Origin: a virus
DNA length: 39,409 nt
Reading direction: 5' to 3' (one strand)
IMG/VR virus record: IMGVR_UViG_3300027386_000002
Location: 1-39,409 of that record
Shown piece after piece: positions 13,430-21,940 of the stretch (the first letter of the stretch is position 1; every line of letters begins with the position of its first letter). A model generated the notes under the pieces. That model did no database searches. It was given only the letters and a program-made list of their open reading frames with translations, and was not told the DNA's origin. The position numbers and the translations under genes were made by a program.

Positions 13430-13837
13430 ATGGAAAGTCAGAAGGAAAGAATCCTAATGGCAGTGCTTGACCGGCTGCTAAGCTCGGACGACGAGGGCCA
13501 AGCCGAACGGGAGCGGCCAACCATAGCCACCAGAATCCCCATCGGTTCATACGTGGTGGTTCGTTGCCGCGACGCTGGCGTCCATGCCGGTGAGTTGGTC
13601 GCGTGGAGTGGGCGGACGGCGGAGTTGAAGGAGTCGCGCCGGCTGTGGCGTTGGCATCAGGCGCGTGGCGGACTACTAAGCGGCGTGGCCAACTACGGTC
13701 TCAACCACGAAAAGAGCATAGTCGGCTCCCCGTGCGACATCATCTTGACCGAGACGTGCGAGATAATCGCTTGCACCCACGAGGCGGCGCAGTCAATCGC
13801 CAATGCTCCCAACTCGCACGAGGAAGAGCAGGAGTAA
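13430..13837 (+). CDS. Hypothetical protein (135 aa)
   Basis: GAAGGAG precedes the ATG. The sequence looks globular. Confidence 0.7.
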   Translation: MESQKERILMAVLDRLLSSDDEGQAERERPTIATRIPIGSYVVVRCRDAGVHAGELVAWSGRTAELKESRRLWRWHQARGGLLSGVANYGLNHEKSIVGSPCDIILTETCEIIACTHEAAQSIANAPNSHEEEQE

Positions 13838-13838
13838 A

Positions 13839-14108
13839 ATGGTTGATCCAGTAAGGCGCGGCGACGGCTATAGCAAGGGAGATGGCAACGGCAGCGGAAG
13901 GGGATGGGGAGACGGTAGCGGATTCGGTTCGGGATTCGGTTCGGGATTTGGCAACGGCGAGGGCAACGGAGGAGGTTGGGGAGACGGTAGCGGGAGCGAT
14001 GACGGTAGCGGTAGCGGTAGCGGTTCGGGATTTGGCAACGGCGAGAGCGACGGAGGAGGTTGGGGAGACGGTAGCGGGAGCGGGAGGGATGACGGTAGCG
14101 GAGACTAA
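13839..14108 (+). CDS. (Gly-X)n repeat protein with W/F at X positions (89 aa), cassette copy 1
   Basis: The sequence is MVDPVRRGDGYSKGDGNGSGRGWGDGSGFGSGFGSGFGNGEGNGGGWGDG... The SD is gcaggag. Its paralog lies at 15786-16145. Confidence 0.65.
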   Translation: MVDPVRRGDGYSKGDGNGSGRGWGDGSGFGSGFGSGFGNGEGNGGGWGDGSGSDDGSGSGSGSGFGNGESDGGGWGDGSGSGRDDGSGD

Positions 14109-14135
14109 CCACCACCAACCAACGGAGGAAGCACG

Positions 14136-14303
14136 ATGTCACGAGCAACATTGAACCACAAGCGCACAAGCTGGCGCAGACCATACCGGCCAAGGAAGTC
14201 GCTATGGAAGTGCCAAGGGTGCGGGAACGTGTATGACAGGTGGCGCGGGGATGTCCCCCAAGAGAACCGGCAGTGCGTCAATTGCCAGAAAGGAGGTGAG
14301 TGA
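14136..14303 (+). CDS. Zinc-ribbon protein (55 aa), cassette copy 1
   Basis: GGAGG precedes the ATG. The segment KSLWKCQGCGNVYDRWRGDVPQENRQCVNCQKGG is conserved in the paralog at 16138-16269, with many synonymous differences between the two copies. Confidence 0.7.
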   Translation: MSRATLNHKRTSWRRPYRPRKSLWKCQGCGNVYDRWRGDVPQENRQCVNCQKGGE

Positions 14304-15214
14304 TGAAGGAGAAACAGCAGGACGTAATCGTCGTCGATCCGTCCGAGGTCGAAGTAGTGCAGACCCGTCCAGCGACCAAGGAAGAGATTCAGCAGATCCA
14401 GGCCGACGAGTTCAACAAGCAGGCGATGGACCCGCGCACCTTTGAGCTGGCGGTCAACCAGAACGGCCACCTATCCGCCGAGGAAAACATGCTCATCAAG
14501 GTGGACGCACTGCGCGGTCTCATCTCGGTGACGATGGGCGCAGCCGAGCGCGTTCAAGCCGAGGCCACCTTGGAAGGCATCAAGGCACTGGCGCGGAAGC
14601 TCAAGTTGCCCAAGCTGGAAAAGGAATGCGCGACCATGATCTTGGATTGCAAGCGGGTGCTGGTGTTGCAGAATCCGCCCATGCCGAAGAAGGAGAGCGC
14701 GAAGAAGGCCAGAGAGATCAATCATGGAAATTCTTCGACTAGTCCTAACATTCAAGTCGAAGAATCCGAGCCGGACGAGAAGCCCACGCCACAGATGCGA
14801 GCAGCCTTTCGCGACGAGCACGGCAAAGACCTAACCGACGTCGAATGGGAGGAGGTCAAGACCGAGAACCTGAGCGACGAGACCGCGAGACCGATGACCG
14901 TATCCGGCCTACGCGACAGGCGAGCAAAGCGCAAGAACGAACTCGACGGCGGCCAGCGCAAGACCAAAGTAGAGCACAACGAAGAGCGACGCGAGAGCAT
15001 CAACAACCACGTCTTAGTCATCCAGCGCGGCAAGGAGGTACCGGCACTGGGTGGAATCTTGAGAGTAACGCGCGACCAGTTCAAGAATGAAGGAGCACGG
15101 GGCCACGACCAAGCCCAATACGAGGCCGTGGCCACCGTGTATCGACTCAAGGGCAACGACACCCCTGCGACCGACGTAGAGGAGACCATGCCCATGTTTC
15201 CAGAAGGAGCCTAA
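14303..15214 (+). CDS. Hypothetical protein (303 aa)
   Basis: Its start forms a TGATG overlap with the upstream stop. It has a charged, Lys/Glu-rich central region. Confidence 0.7.
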   Translation: MKEKQQDVIVVDPSEVEVVQTRPATKEEIQQIQADEFNKQAMDPRTFELAVNQNGHLSAEENMLIKVDALRGLISVTMGAAERVQAEATLEGIKALARKLKLPKLEKECATMILDCKRVLVLQNPPMPKKESAKKAREINHGNSSTSPNIQVEESEPDEKPTPQMRAAFRDEHGKDLTDVEWEEVKTENLSDETARPMTVSGLRDRRAKRKNELDGGQRKTKVEHNEERRESINNHVLVIQRGKEVPALGGILRVTRDQFKNEGARGHDQAQYEAVATVYRLKGNDTPATDVEETMPMFPEGA

Positions 15215-15215
15215 C

Positions 15216-15611
15216 ATGGCACTACGAGGAATCGCCATCAATCAACGCACGTGCGCCAACACGGGTTGCACCAACACCGTCAGCGGACGGCGCATCTTCT
15301 GCTCAACCACATGCTGCAATGAGCACAACGCCTTTGGTGACGCAATCAGCAAAGGCAAGTACGCCATCTGCTCGATACCCGAGTGCAAGATGCCCTTCCG
15401 CACCAATCGTAGGAAAACCGGGCAGATCGGTCAACATGGCCTATGCGACCAGCACAACGACAAGCTGGCCCAGCTCGACAAAGCCAAGCCCGGTTTGTTA
15501 CCAGCATGGGGCGACAAGAACAACGCGCAGATCCTCTTGTTTGACGACGAGACGCCGCTGATGCTGGGAGAGGGCAACGGACACACAGACAACGGAAAGG
15601 AAGGTGAGTAA
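15216..15611 (+). CDS. Cys-rich zinc-finger protein (131 aa)
   Basis: It carries CANTGCTNTVSGRRIFCSTTCCNEHN and CSIPECKMPF...GLCDQHN. The FCS-type motif is related to those in 38814-39314. Confidence 0.7.
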   Translation: MALRGIAINQRTCANTGCTNTVSGRRIFCSTTCCNEHNAFGDAISKGKYAICSIPECKMPFRTNRRKTGQIGQHGLCDQHNDKLAQLDKAKPGLLPAWGDKNNAQILLFDDETPLMLGEGNGHTDNGKEGE

Positions 15612-15780
15612 TGAACGCAGCATATGGCATCATAGTAACGGCACTACTGGCCCTATCGGAACTCCCCGAGGGATAAACCGAATGCACCATTACCCGCGTC
15701 CCGCATTCGGCCGGCGAGGAGTTCGCGCCAAGCTGGATCGTAGAAGACAGCGACGGCTGCGGAATCAACAGAAAGGTAAG
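15611..15780 (+). pseudogene. Interrupted paralog of the 16337-16624 secreted Cys-rich protein, with an in-frame TAA at codon 22
   Basis: Both copies share the same SD and start context (ggaaggtgagtaATG). The sequence MNAAYGIIVTALLALSELPEG* compares with MKAAYGIIVTALLALSALPEGS..., where TAA replaces TCA. Downstream differences are mostly synonymous in this frame. Confidence 0.6.
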
Positions 15781-15785
15781 CGACA

Positions 15786-16145
15786 ATGGAAGGTTCCGAG
15801 CGCAGAGAAGCAATGCTAAACGGCGACGGCGACGGCGAGGGCAACGGGAGCGGTTGGGGTAACGGCTATGGAGACGGCAGCGGTTGGGGCAGCGGATACG
15901 GCGACGGATGCGGCAACGGATGCGGCAACGGATGCGGCAACGGGATAGGCGCAGGCAACGGGCGCGGTGACGGCTATGCCAGTGGCGCAGGAGACGGTCA
16001 CGGAGCCGGTTGGGGTAAAGGCGCAGGAGAAGGCGACGGCAAGGGAGACGGCTACGGAGAAGGCAACGGGTGGGGAGACGGATACGGCAGCGGCAGCGGC
16101 ATCAGCAACAGCATCAGCAACCCAAGGAGAGACAACGTTGAATAG
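15786..16145 (+). CDS. (Gly-X)n repeat protein with W/Y/C at X positions (119 aa), cassette copy 2
   Basis: The sequence contains GDGDGEGNGSGWGNGYGDGSGWGSGYGDGCGNGCGNGCGNG...GWGDGYGSGSG. Confidence 0.65.
   Translation: MEGSERREAMLNGDGDGEGNGSGWGNGYGDGSGWGSGYGDGCGNGCGNGCGNGIGAGNGRGDGYASGAGDGHGAGWGKGAGEGDGKGDGYGEGNGWGDGYGSGSGISNSISNPRRDNVE
15906..15941 (+). repeat. Perfect 3 x 12-nt tandem repeat (ggatgcggcaac) inside the Gly-X gene
   Basis: Three exact copies encode GCGN three times. Confidence 0.9.
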
Positions 16146-16269
16146 CAGGCGCAAAAAGTCGTTGTGGAAGTGCCCCGAATGCAAACACGTCTATGACCGT
16201 TGGCGCGGAGACGTTCCGCAGAAAGATAGAAAATGTGTTCACTGTCAAGCGAAGGGAGGTAATAAGTAG
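16138..16269 (+). CDS. Zinc-ribbon protein (43 aa from TTG), cassette copy 2
   Basis: AAGGAGA lies 7 nt upstream of TTG 16138. The sequence KSLWKCPECKHVYDRWRGDVPQKDRKCVHCQAKGG is conserved with copy 1. The start codon is uncertain. Confidence 0.6.
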   Translation: MNSRRKKSLWKCPECKHVYDRWRGDVPQKDRKCVHCQAKGGNK

Positions 16270-16336
16270 AGCAGAAAAGTAGTGTCTCCCCCGGCACTAG
16301 GTCGGGGGAGCACATCAACCAGAAGGAAGGTGAGTA

Positions 16337-16624
16337 ATGAAAGCAGCATATGGCATCATAGTAACGGCACTACTGGCCCTATCGGCACTCCCCGAGGGCT
16401 CAACCGAATGCACCATTACCCGCGTCCCGCATTCGGCCGGCGAGGAGTTCGCGCCGAGTTGGATAGTAGAAGACAGCGACGGGTGCGGATACAACAGAGG
16501 AGTTGATCCGTTCTACGTCACCCGGTGCTGGATTGAGTGCGAGAGCAATGGCGGCTACCAGTCCAGTGACCCCGAGTGCGAGGCGTTCGGCATCGTCAAG
16601 GAAGACGACGAGGAAGACGAATGA
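16337..16624 (+). CDS. Small secreted Cys-rich acidic protein (95 aa)
   Basis: It has a signal-peptide-like N-terminus (MKAAYGIIVTALLALSALPEG), five Cys and an acidic tail (KEDDEEDE). Confidence 0.65.
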   Translation: MKAAYGIIVTALLALSALPEGSTECTITRVPHSAGEEFAPSWIVEDSDGCGYNRGVDPFYVTRCWIECESNGGYQSSDPECEAFGIVKEDDEEDE

Positions 16625-16800
16625 AATACTATTACAGCGTATTCAGAGACGCCGACAAGAACGGACGCCAGCAATGGGGATACTCAATCACGTACGGAGG
16701 AACGCAAGTGAGGGAATCGGGGAAGCGATACGATTCTCAAGCGGAAGCGTCATTAGAAGCGACAAGAATAGTCGAGCAGTACAATGACAATTTGGACTAA
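16621..16800 (+). CDS. Hypothetical protein (59 aa)
   Basis: Its start forms an ATGA overlap with the upstream stop. The track ORF is 16576-16800. Confidence 0.55.
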   Translation: MKYYYSVFRDADKNGRQQWGYSITYGGTQVRESGKRYDSQAEASLEATRIVEQYNDNLD

Positions 16801-16957
16801 GCTGTCATGGACAACCTCCGGCTGGAAGCTGTGGAAGTCCGGCACGGAGAGATTCATTCAATCGCCCACCGGCCAGTCGTTGGCCATCCCGTCGAGCCGA
16901 ATGGCTTGGCGGGTATGGGGGGCATTAATCGAGAAGGAGCAGCAACATGGCACGTAA
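16784..16957 (+). CDS. Possible small Trp-rich protein (57 aa)
   Basis: The ORF fills the gap between neighbours and overlaps both ends. There is no clear SD. Confidence 0.3.
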   Translation: MTIWTKLSWTTSGWKLWKSGTERFIQSPTGQSLAIPSSRMAWRVWGALIEKEQQHGT

Positions 16958-17408
16958 AAGGACGAAGAACCCGAGTCCCATCAAGGCGCGAGTCCCCGAA
17001 GACTGGTGGGTCGTTCACTACATGGACGTGGAGAGCCACTTGTCGAAGGCCGGCAACGTCAGCATCCGCGTTGACTACTCGGTCAAAGAGCGCGAGTTCC
17101 CGGTATCGGTGTACTACACGCCGGAACATCCCAACGAGTTCGCACGCAAGCGGTGGCGGAAGTTCAAGGAGGAGATGGCCAAGGAGGGCCACGAGATCAA
17201 GGGCAAGAAGATCGACAGCATAGTCGAGTTGTCGGAGGACTGGTTGATGCCCGGTCGAATCGGCGTGATAGTAGAAGAAGACGGAGAGTACGAAAACATT
17301 GAAGTTGTCGCGCTCGACTGGGATGAAGTGAAGATCGAAGACGAGGAGGAGGAGGAAGCCAAGGCGAAGAAGGACGAGCAGGAAGACCAAGACGAGTTGC
17401 CGTTCTAA
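16947..17408 (+). CDS. Hypothetical protein with an SSB-like acidic C-terminal tail (153 aa); possible ssDNA-binding protein
   Basis: GAAGGAG precedes the ATG. The C-terminus EDEEEEEAKAKKDEQEDQDELPF resembles the acidic D-D-D-I-P-F type tail of SSBs. The gene lies upstream of the helicase and primase genes. Confidence 0.6.
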   Translation: MARKRTKNPSPIKARVPEDWWVVHYMDVESHLSKAGNVSIRVDYSVKEREFPVSVYYTPEHPNEFARKRWRKFKEEMAKEGHEIKGKKIDSIVELSEDWLMPGRIGVIVEEDGEYENIEVVALDWDEVKIEDEEEEEAKAKKDEQEDQDELPF

Positions 17409-17603
17409 GGGGCGGTGGCTCGACATCCGGGGCGGTGGCTTCGTCTAGTCCGCCAGTCATCGCCCCGGCCTCATTGAAGCGACGGGCACCGCAGATGGGT
17501 CGTTCTGGCTGCATTTTCTTTCCGGGGTGGAAACGCCCCGGCCTCATTGAAGCAAGCAAGCAAGCACCAACGAACTGGCGAGGGTCCACCTGTGCTCTTG
17601 CCT

Positions 17604-17648
17604 GGGCCGGGTAGGCAGGAGAGACCTGTCGCCCGGCCCGCACTTTTC
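17604..17648 (+). terminator. Hairpin plus T run between the SSB-like and helicase genes
   Basis: GGGCCGGG...CCCGGCCC forms a stem with an extended inner stem (aggcagg / cctgtc), followed by gcaCTTTTc. Confidence 0.45.
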
Positions 17649-17665
17649 AGGAAAGGGACAGAGTG

Positions 17666-19189
17666 ATGGTAGAACTAACGAAGCACCAGCGCGAGCAGAT
17701 GGACATCGTAATCGACGCCATCGACGCCGGAGAAAGCCCGGCTGTGCTCGCGGGCGCAGCGGGAACCGGCAAGACGACGTGCATGGGCATCTTGGCAGGA
17801 CAGTGGCCAAAGGTGCTGTTCCTTGCACCCACCAACCGCGCAGCGCTCGTGCTGCGCTCCAAGCTACAACAAGGTGCGCGCGTATCCACCATTCACTCCG
17901 CTTGCATGAGGGTCAAGCGCGAGACGCACGAACAGGAGATAAAGCTACTCAGGGCCCTTGTCCGGCAGGCCGAAGACTTGGAGGTATTGGCCGAGGGCAT
18001 CGGGAAGGCGACCGAGGAGAAGAAGGCACGCGCCGAAGTGCTCAAGGGACTGGTGGGGATTGACCTTGACGCGCCGGACAAGATAGTTCGCCAGAAGCTC
18101 GTCAGGATGTTGAGACAAGCGGAGCGCGACAACGAGATAATCTTCGAGGGCGCGAGCGAGAAAGACGAAGAGACAGTCAGCCATATCGTCATAGACGAGG
18201 CGAGCATGGTAACAAACGAGATGGTCGAGCACGTCGAAGCGAAGTTTGCGACCATCCCGATATTGCTTGTCGGCGACGACCACCAGCTTGAGCCGGTCAT
18301 CTCGGACCAAGAGCGCGGCAAGGGTATCGTACCGGCCATGACGGGCGAGCCAACGGCGCGACTGGACGAGGTGATGAGGCAGGCCGAGGGCAGCCGGATA
18401 CTGCGGTTTGCCACGTGGATACGCAAGCAGAAGACCGCGCTCAAGTTGGTACGCTTCGCCGACAAGGGGGAAGCGGACGAGCAGCTACGCATCACGCGGC
18501 GGCCCAAGTCGGGCATCACCAAGGGGCTGTTGCGGCAGTTAGACGAGATCATTGGCCCTCAGTTCTCCGGCGTGGTCTTGTCGCGGCGCAACGACACCAG
18601 GCGCACCATCAACAGAGGCTTGCGCCAGCTCAGGGGATGGGACGAAGGGGAGCCTAAATGGCTACCGGCGGACGGGGAGCGTTTGGTGTGCGTAACCGCG
18701 CCCTCTCGTAGGGCGCTCGAAGAGGAACAGGCCATTGACCCAATCGAGGGCGAGGCGGTAGCATGGGATTCGCCGTTGAACCGGGTGGTCAAGGGAACCA
18801 TCGTATTCGTCGAGAGCACACAGATGGTCGGCGATGCGCGTGGCTACCAGTTCGTGCGGCTGGCAGCGCGGGTTGAGGGCGAGGAGACAGTATTCACAGC
18901 GCACGTGGCCGCCGGGGAGTTCCTGCGAACATACCAGCTCGACGAGGGACGGGATTATGGATTCTCCCCGAGAGGTTGGTACGGTTTTGATTATGGCATG
19001 GCGATGAGTGTTCACAAGGCGCAGGGCAGCGAGTTCGATAACGTGGCCGTGTACGAGCAGGCCGCGCCGTGGCAGCCGGATGAGAACGGCAAGTGGTTGA
19101 GGCCGTCGAGGGAGGAGCATAGGAAGTGGGCCTACACCGCAGCGACGAGGGCCAAGGAGAAACTTTTGTGGGTTAGCATGCCACTGTGA
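17666..19189 (+). CDS. RecD/Dda-like SF1B DNA helicase (507 aa)
   Basis: It has Walker A GAAGTGKT, motif II VIDEASMV and the C-terminal motif SVHKAQGSEFDNVAV. Confidence 0.85.
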   Translation: MVELTKHQREQMDIVIDAIDAGESPAVLAGAAGTGKTTCMGILAGQWPKVLFLAPTNRAALVLRSKLQQGARVSTIHSACMRVKRETHEQEIKLLRALVRQAEDLEVLAEGIGKATEEKKARAEVLKGLVGIDLDAPDKIVRQKLVRMLRQAERDNEIIFEGASEKDEETVSHIVIDEASMVTNEMVEHVEAKFATIPILLVGDDHQLEPVISDQERGKGIVPAMTGEPTARLDEVMRQAEGSRILRFATWIRKQKTALKLVRFADKGEADEQLRITRRPKSGITKGLLRQLDEIIGPQFSGVVLSRRNDTRRTINRGLRQLRGWDEGEPKWLPADGERLVCVTAPSRRALEEEQAIDPIEGEAVAWDSPLNRVVKGTIVFVESTQMVGDARGYQFVRLAARVEGEETVFTAHVAAGEFLRTYQLDEGRDYGFSPRGWYGFDYGMAMSVHKAQGSEFDNVAVYEQAAPWQPDENGKWLRPSREEHRKWAYTAATRAKEKLLWVSMPL

Positions 19190-19203
19190 AAGGAGGCGAG
19201 GAA

Positions 19204-19419
19204 ATGGCAAAGAGGAAGTTCAAAGCAAAGAGCAGCATCGTCCGCAAATACCGTTCAGAGATAGACAAAGCGGCCAGTTGGGAGCGGCTGGAGGATATAG
19301 TAGTAAGCATAGACAACGCCTTTGAGCAGAGGGCCATAGGAGGAGAGCACGTGGACCGGCTATGCGAGCGGGTGGCCAAACGGGCCAGAGAAATTGACCG
19401 ACGCAAGCGGCGCAAGTAG
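19204..19419 (+). CDS. Hypothetical basic protein (71 aa)
   Basis: AGGAGG lies upstream of ATG 19204. Confidence 0.6.
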   Translation: MAKRKFKAKSSIVRKYRSEIDKAASWERLEDIVVSIDNAFEQRAIGGEHVDRLCERVAKRAREIDRRKRRK

Positions 19420-19450
19420 GTTGGTAGGCCCACCAAATGGAGCTATTACA

Positions 19451-21427
19451 ATGCTGACATCCCAACACCGAGAGTATTTAGAGCGCCGCGCCGTTGATCC
19501 AGACCAGTTTCCGGGCCGGTTCCGGTCCGTAGAGGGCAGCGACACACGTCTCGCCAACTTCGCGCCGCACAACAAACGGGCGGGGCTGTTGATTCAGTCC
19601 GGCGACAGGTACCAGCTCAGACCGGATTCGCCACCGCACAGCAACGGCAAGACAGCTAAATTCGTCTGCGAATCTGGACTTGCGCCCATCATCGACCTAC
19701 CAGACAGCGAGGTGCTCGAAGGCGACGGGCCGGTCGCAATCGTCGAAGGTCTCGTGAAGGCGGACGCGGTGCGGATGTGTTGGCCGGACGCTTGCGTCAT
19801 CGGTATCACCGGCTGTTCGACATGGGCAGAGCAGGGAACGCGCTACGGGCGATTACAAGGCGCGTTAGAGCGAGTACCGTGGAAGGGCCGCGACACCTAC
19901 ATCATCTTTGACGCAGACGCCGAGACGAACGGGAACGTCAAGCGAGCGGAAAAGGCATTCAGCCAAAGGTTGCGCGAGCAGGGCGCGGCGGTGCACGTGG
20001 TCAAAGTGCCGGTGCTCGAAGGCGACGAGACCGCCGGTATAGACGACGTGCTCGCATCACACCAACCGAAGCACCGGGCCAGCGCGTTGGCCAAGCTCAT
20101 CGAGGAAGCGCCCGTGATGCAGGGGCGCGGGGGGCCAAGGAAGAGGGCTGGCAGGCCCAGCGAGGACAAGCGCCCCGACTCGCCCCACGAGCTTGCCGTC
20201 GTGTGCTGCGGCTCCGGCAACTGGACGACGATGGACGGCCAGACAGCCCACTACGAGCGCAATGCGGGGCTATGGACGAAGTTGTCGCGGGAGTCGGTAG
20301 GGGAGGTGGCCTGTTACCCGGAATACACCGAGCCCATCAACTTGGAGCCAACCAGCGGGATTAGAAAGATGGTTCCAAGCTGCATCTTGGGGATTCTCAA
20401 TTTGCGAGGGCCAGCACCGGCAGCGCCTCGTAGGTTGTGGCCGTTCGCTTCCGAGGTCATGGACGTGGACACCGGCGACATGATGGACTACGAGCGCGGC
20501 CACTACTTCACCGAGAAGCTCGACTACGATCCAGACCCCAACGCGGACGGCAGGCCGGAGCTATTCGGCCAGTTCCTATACAGCGCGTTCCAGTCCAGCG
20601 AGATGGTCCATTGGGCCGAGCGACTGTTGACATACATCCTGTTCGAGCACAACCGCCACCAGCGTCTAATCGTCTGGCAGGGCGTCCCAGGCAGCGGCAA
20701 GGGCGTGCTGATGGGTCTGCTTGGCGACATGATGGGGAGCCAGCACTTGGCGACGCTAAACGAGCGACTGGCGTGGGAGGAAGCAACCTGGGCGTTGATG
20801 CCGTTGGCCGGTGCCAGGGTGGCCATCCTTCCAGAGACCAACAGAGGCTTGCCAGCGCACACGGCCAAGGCGATAACCGGCCACGACCAGATTGCCGCTG
20901 CGCCGAAGGGCGGCCACCAGATTTCATTCGTCTATCGCGGACACCTGATCTACTCCACCAACAAGCAGCTTAGCATGTCAGACCCGGGCATGGAAAGGAG
21001 GCTGTTGACGCTGCCATTCACCGGAAAGCCAGCCGTGGTGGACACCGAGTTACCGGCCAAGCTAAGGGAACTCAGGCCACAGATATGGACGCACTTGTGG
21101 GAGTTGTGGCAGGAGGTCAAAGACGACCCATTAGAGCCGCCAGCAATGGCACAGGATGCCAGCCGGGCCACCACCGGCGGCGACTGGGAGGAATGGGCCG
21201 AGGAGCGACTTGAGATAGACCTACAAGACGGCAACACCGAGACAACCGCTATGCTCGTATGGGATTATCTGGTATGGAAAGGGGAGGACGCGACCGACGA
21301 GAAGGAGAAAAGGAACGCAGCCAACAAGATGAGGCGCAAGGCTCCGGGGCTTGGGTTGATAGCGGCGGGGCGTGGCGCGTGGCGATGCAAACTGAAAGAA
21401 GAGGAGGCCAATGGCAACGTACAATAA
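19451..21427 (+). CDS. Primase-helicase: Toprim-like (DUF3854-type) N-domain plus P4/D5-family SF3 NTPase (658 aa)
   Basis: The N-domain has VAIVEGLVKADA and YIIFDADAETNGNV, a Toprim-like acidic pattern. The C-domain has the P-loop GVPGSGKGVL. GGAG lies 8 nt before ATG 19451. Confidence 0.7.
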   Translation: MLTSQHREYLERRAVDPDQFPGRFRSVEGSDTRLANFAPHNKRAGLLIQSGDRYQLRPDSPPHSNGKTAKFVCESGLAPIIDLPDSEVLEGDGPVAIVEGLVKADAVRMCWPDACVIGITGCSTWAEQGTRYGRLQGALERVPWKGRDTYIIFDADAETNGNVKRAEKAFSQRLREQGAAVHVVKVPVLEGDETAGIDDVLASHQPKHRASALAKLIEEAPVMQGRGGPRKRAGRPSEDKRPDSPHELAVVCCGSGNWTTMDGQTAHYERNAGLWTKLSRESVGEVACYPEYTEPINLEPTSGIRKMVPSCILGILNLRGPAPAAPRRLWPFASEVMDVDTGDMMDYERGHYFTEKLDYDPDPNADGRPELFGQFLYSAFQSSEMVHWAERLLTYILFEHNRHQRLIVWQGVPGSGKGVLMGLLGDMMGSQHLATLNERLAWEEATWALMPLAGARVAILPETNRGLPAHTAKAITGHDQIAAAPKGGHQISFVYRGHLIYSTNKQLSMSDPGMERRLLTLPFTGKPAVVDTELPAKLRELRPQIWTHLWELWQEVKDDPLEPPAMAQDASRATTGGDWEEWAEERLEIDLQDGNTETTAMLVWDYLVWKGEDATDEKEKRNAANKMRRKAPGLGLIAAGRGAWRCKLKEEEANGNVQ

Positions 21428-21734
21428 CAGGCAACCGAAGGTCGACCAATTCGCCATAGCAACCAGCGGCGAGCAGAAGCAGAGGCGAATGTTGAAAGTT
21501 GACGAGAAAAGGGTGACGGGACCGCGCAAGAAATATGACGTGAGATCCGCGTCAGTAGATCAGGGGATAGAGCACCTTGCTGCGGACATAGTAGCCGGGG
21601 CCATACGGGAATTTGAAAGGAGCGGAGACAAGGCAACAGAGCTGTATTTGAGGAGCAATTGGTGCAAGCTCCATTGTAACCTCGTGGGGGTGAACCACCA
21701 GATCGTGCTGGACAAGATAGAAGGACGCATTTAA
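21411..21734 (+). CDS. Hypothetical protein (107 aa)
   Basis: GAGGAGG precedes the ATG. The ORF overlaps the end of the primase gene. Confidence 0.65.
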   Translation: MATYNNRQPKVDQFAIATSGEQKQRRMLKVDEKRVTGPRKKYDVRSASVDQGIEHLAADIVAGAIREFERSGDKATELYLRSNWCKLHCNLVGVNHQIVLDKIEGRI

Positions 21735-21751
21735 CCGAAAGGAGATCGGCC

Positions 21752-21937
21752 ATGAAGCTGATATATCTGAAAGAACCCGGCCAAGTAGCATACGAAGCGT
21801 ATAGAGAGGTATGTCCAGAATCGAAGTTCACCGGCGACAAGCTACCCACTTGGCAAGACATAGATGAAGAGCTCAAGCCATACTGGGAGGCCGTAGAGAC
21901 GGCCGTAACCAATCGCGTCATCAATAAGGGGGTATGA
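21752..21937 (+). CDS. Hypothetical protein (61 aa)
   Basis: AAGGAGA precedes the ATG. Confidence 0.6.
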   Translation: MKLIYLKEPGQVAYEAYREVCPESKFTGDKLPTWQDIDEELKPYWEAVETAVTNRVINKGV

Positions 21938-21940
21938 GGA

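Noticed and set aside
15604-15819. Arg-rich alternative-frame ORFs (also 16282-16506) over the duplicated secreted-protein locus
   Set aside because: Differences between the two copies are synonymous in the signal-peptide frame, not in this frame. The translations are Arg/His-rich and low complexity.
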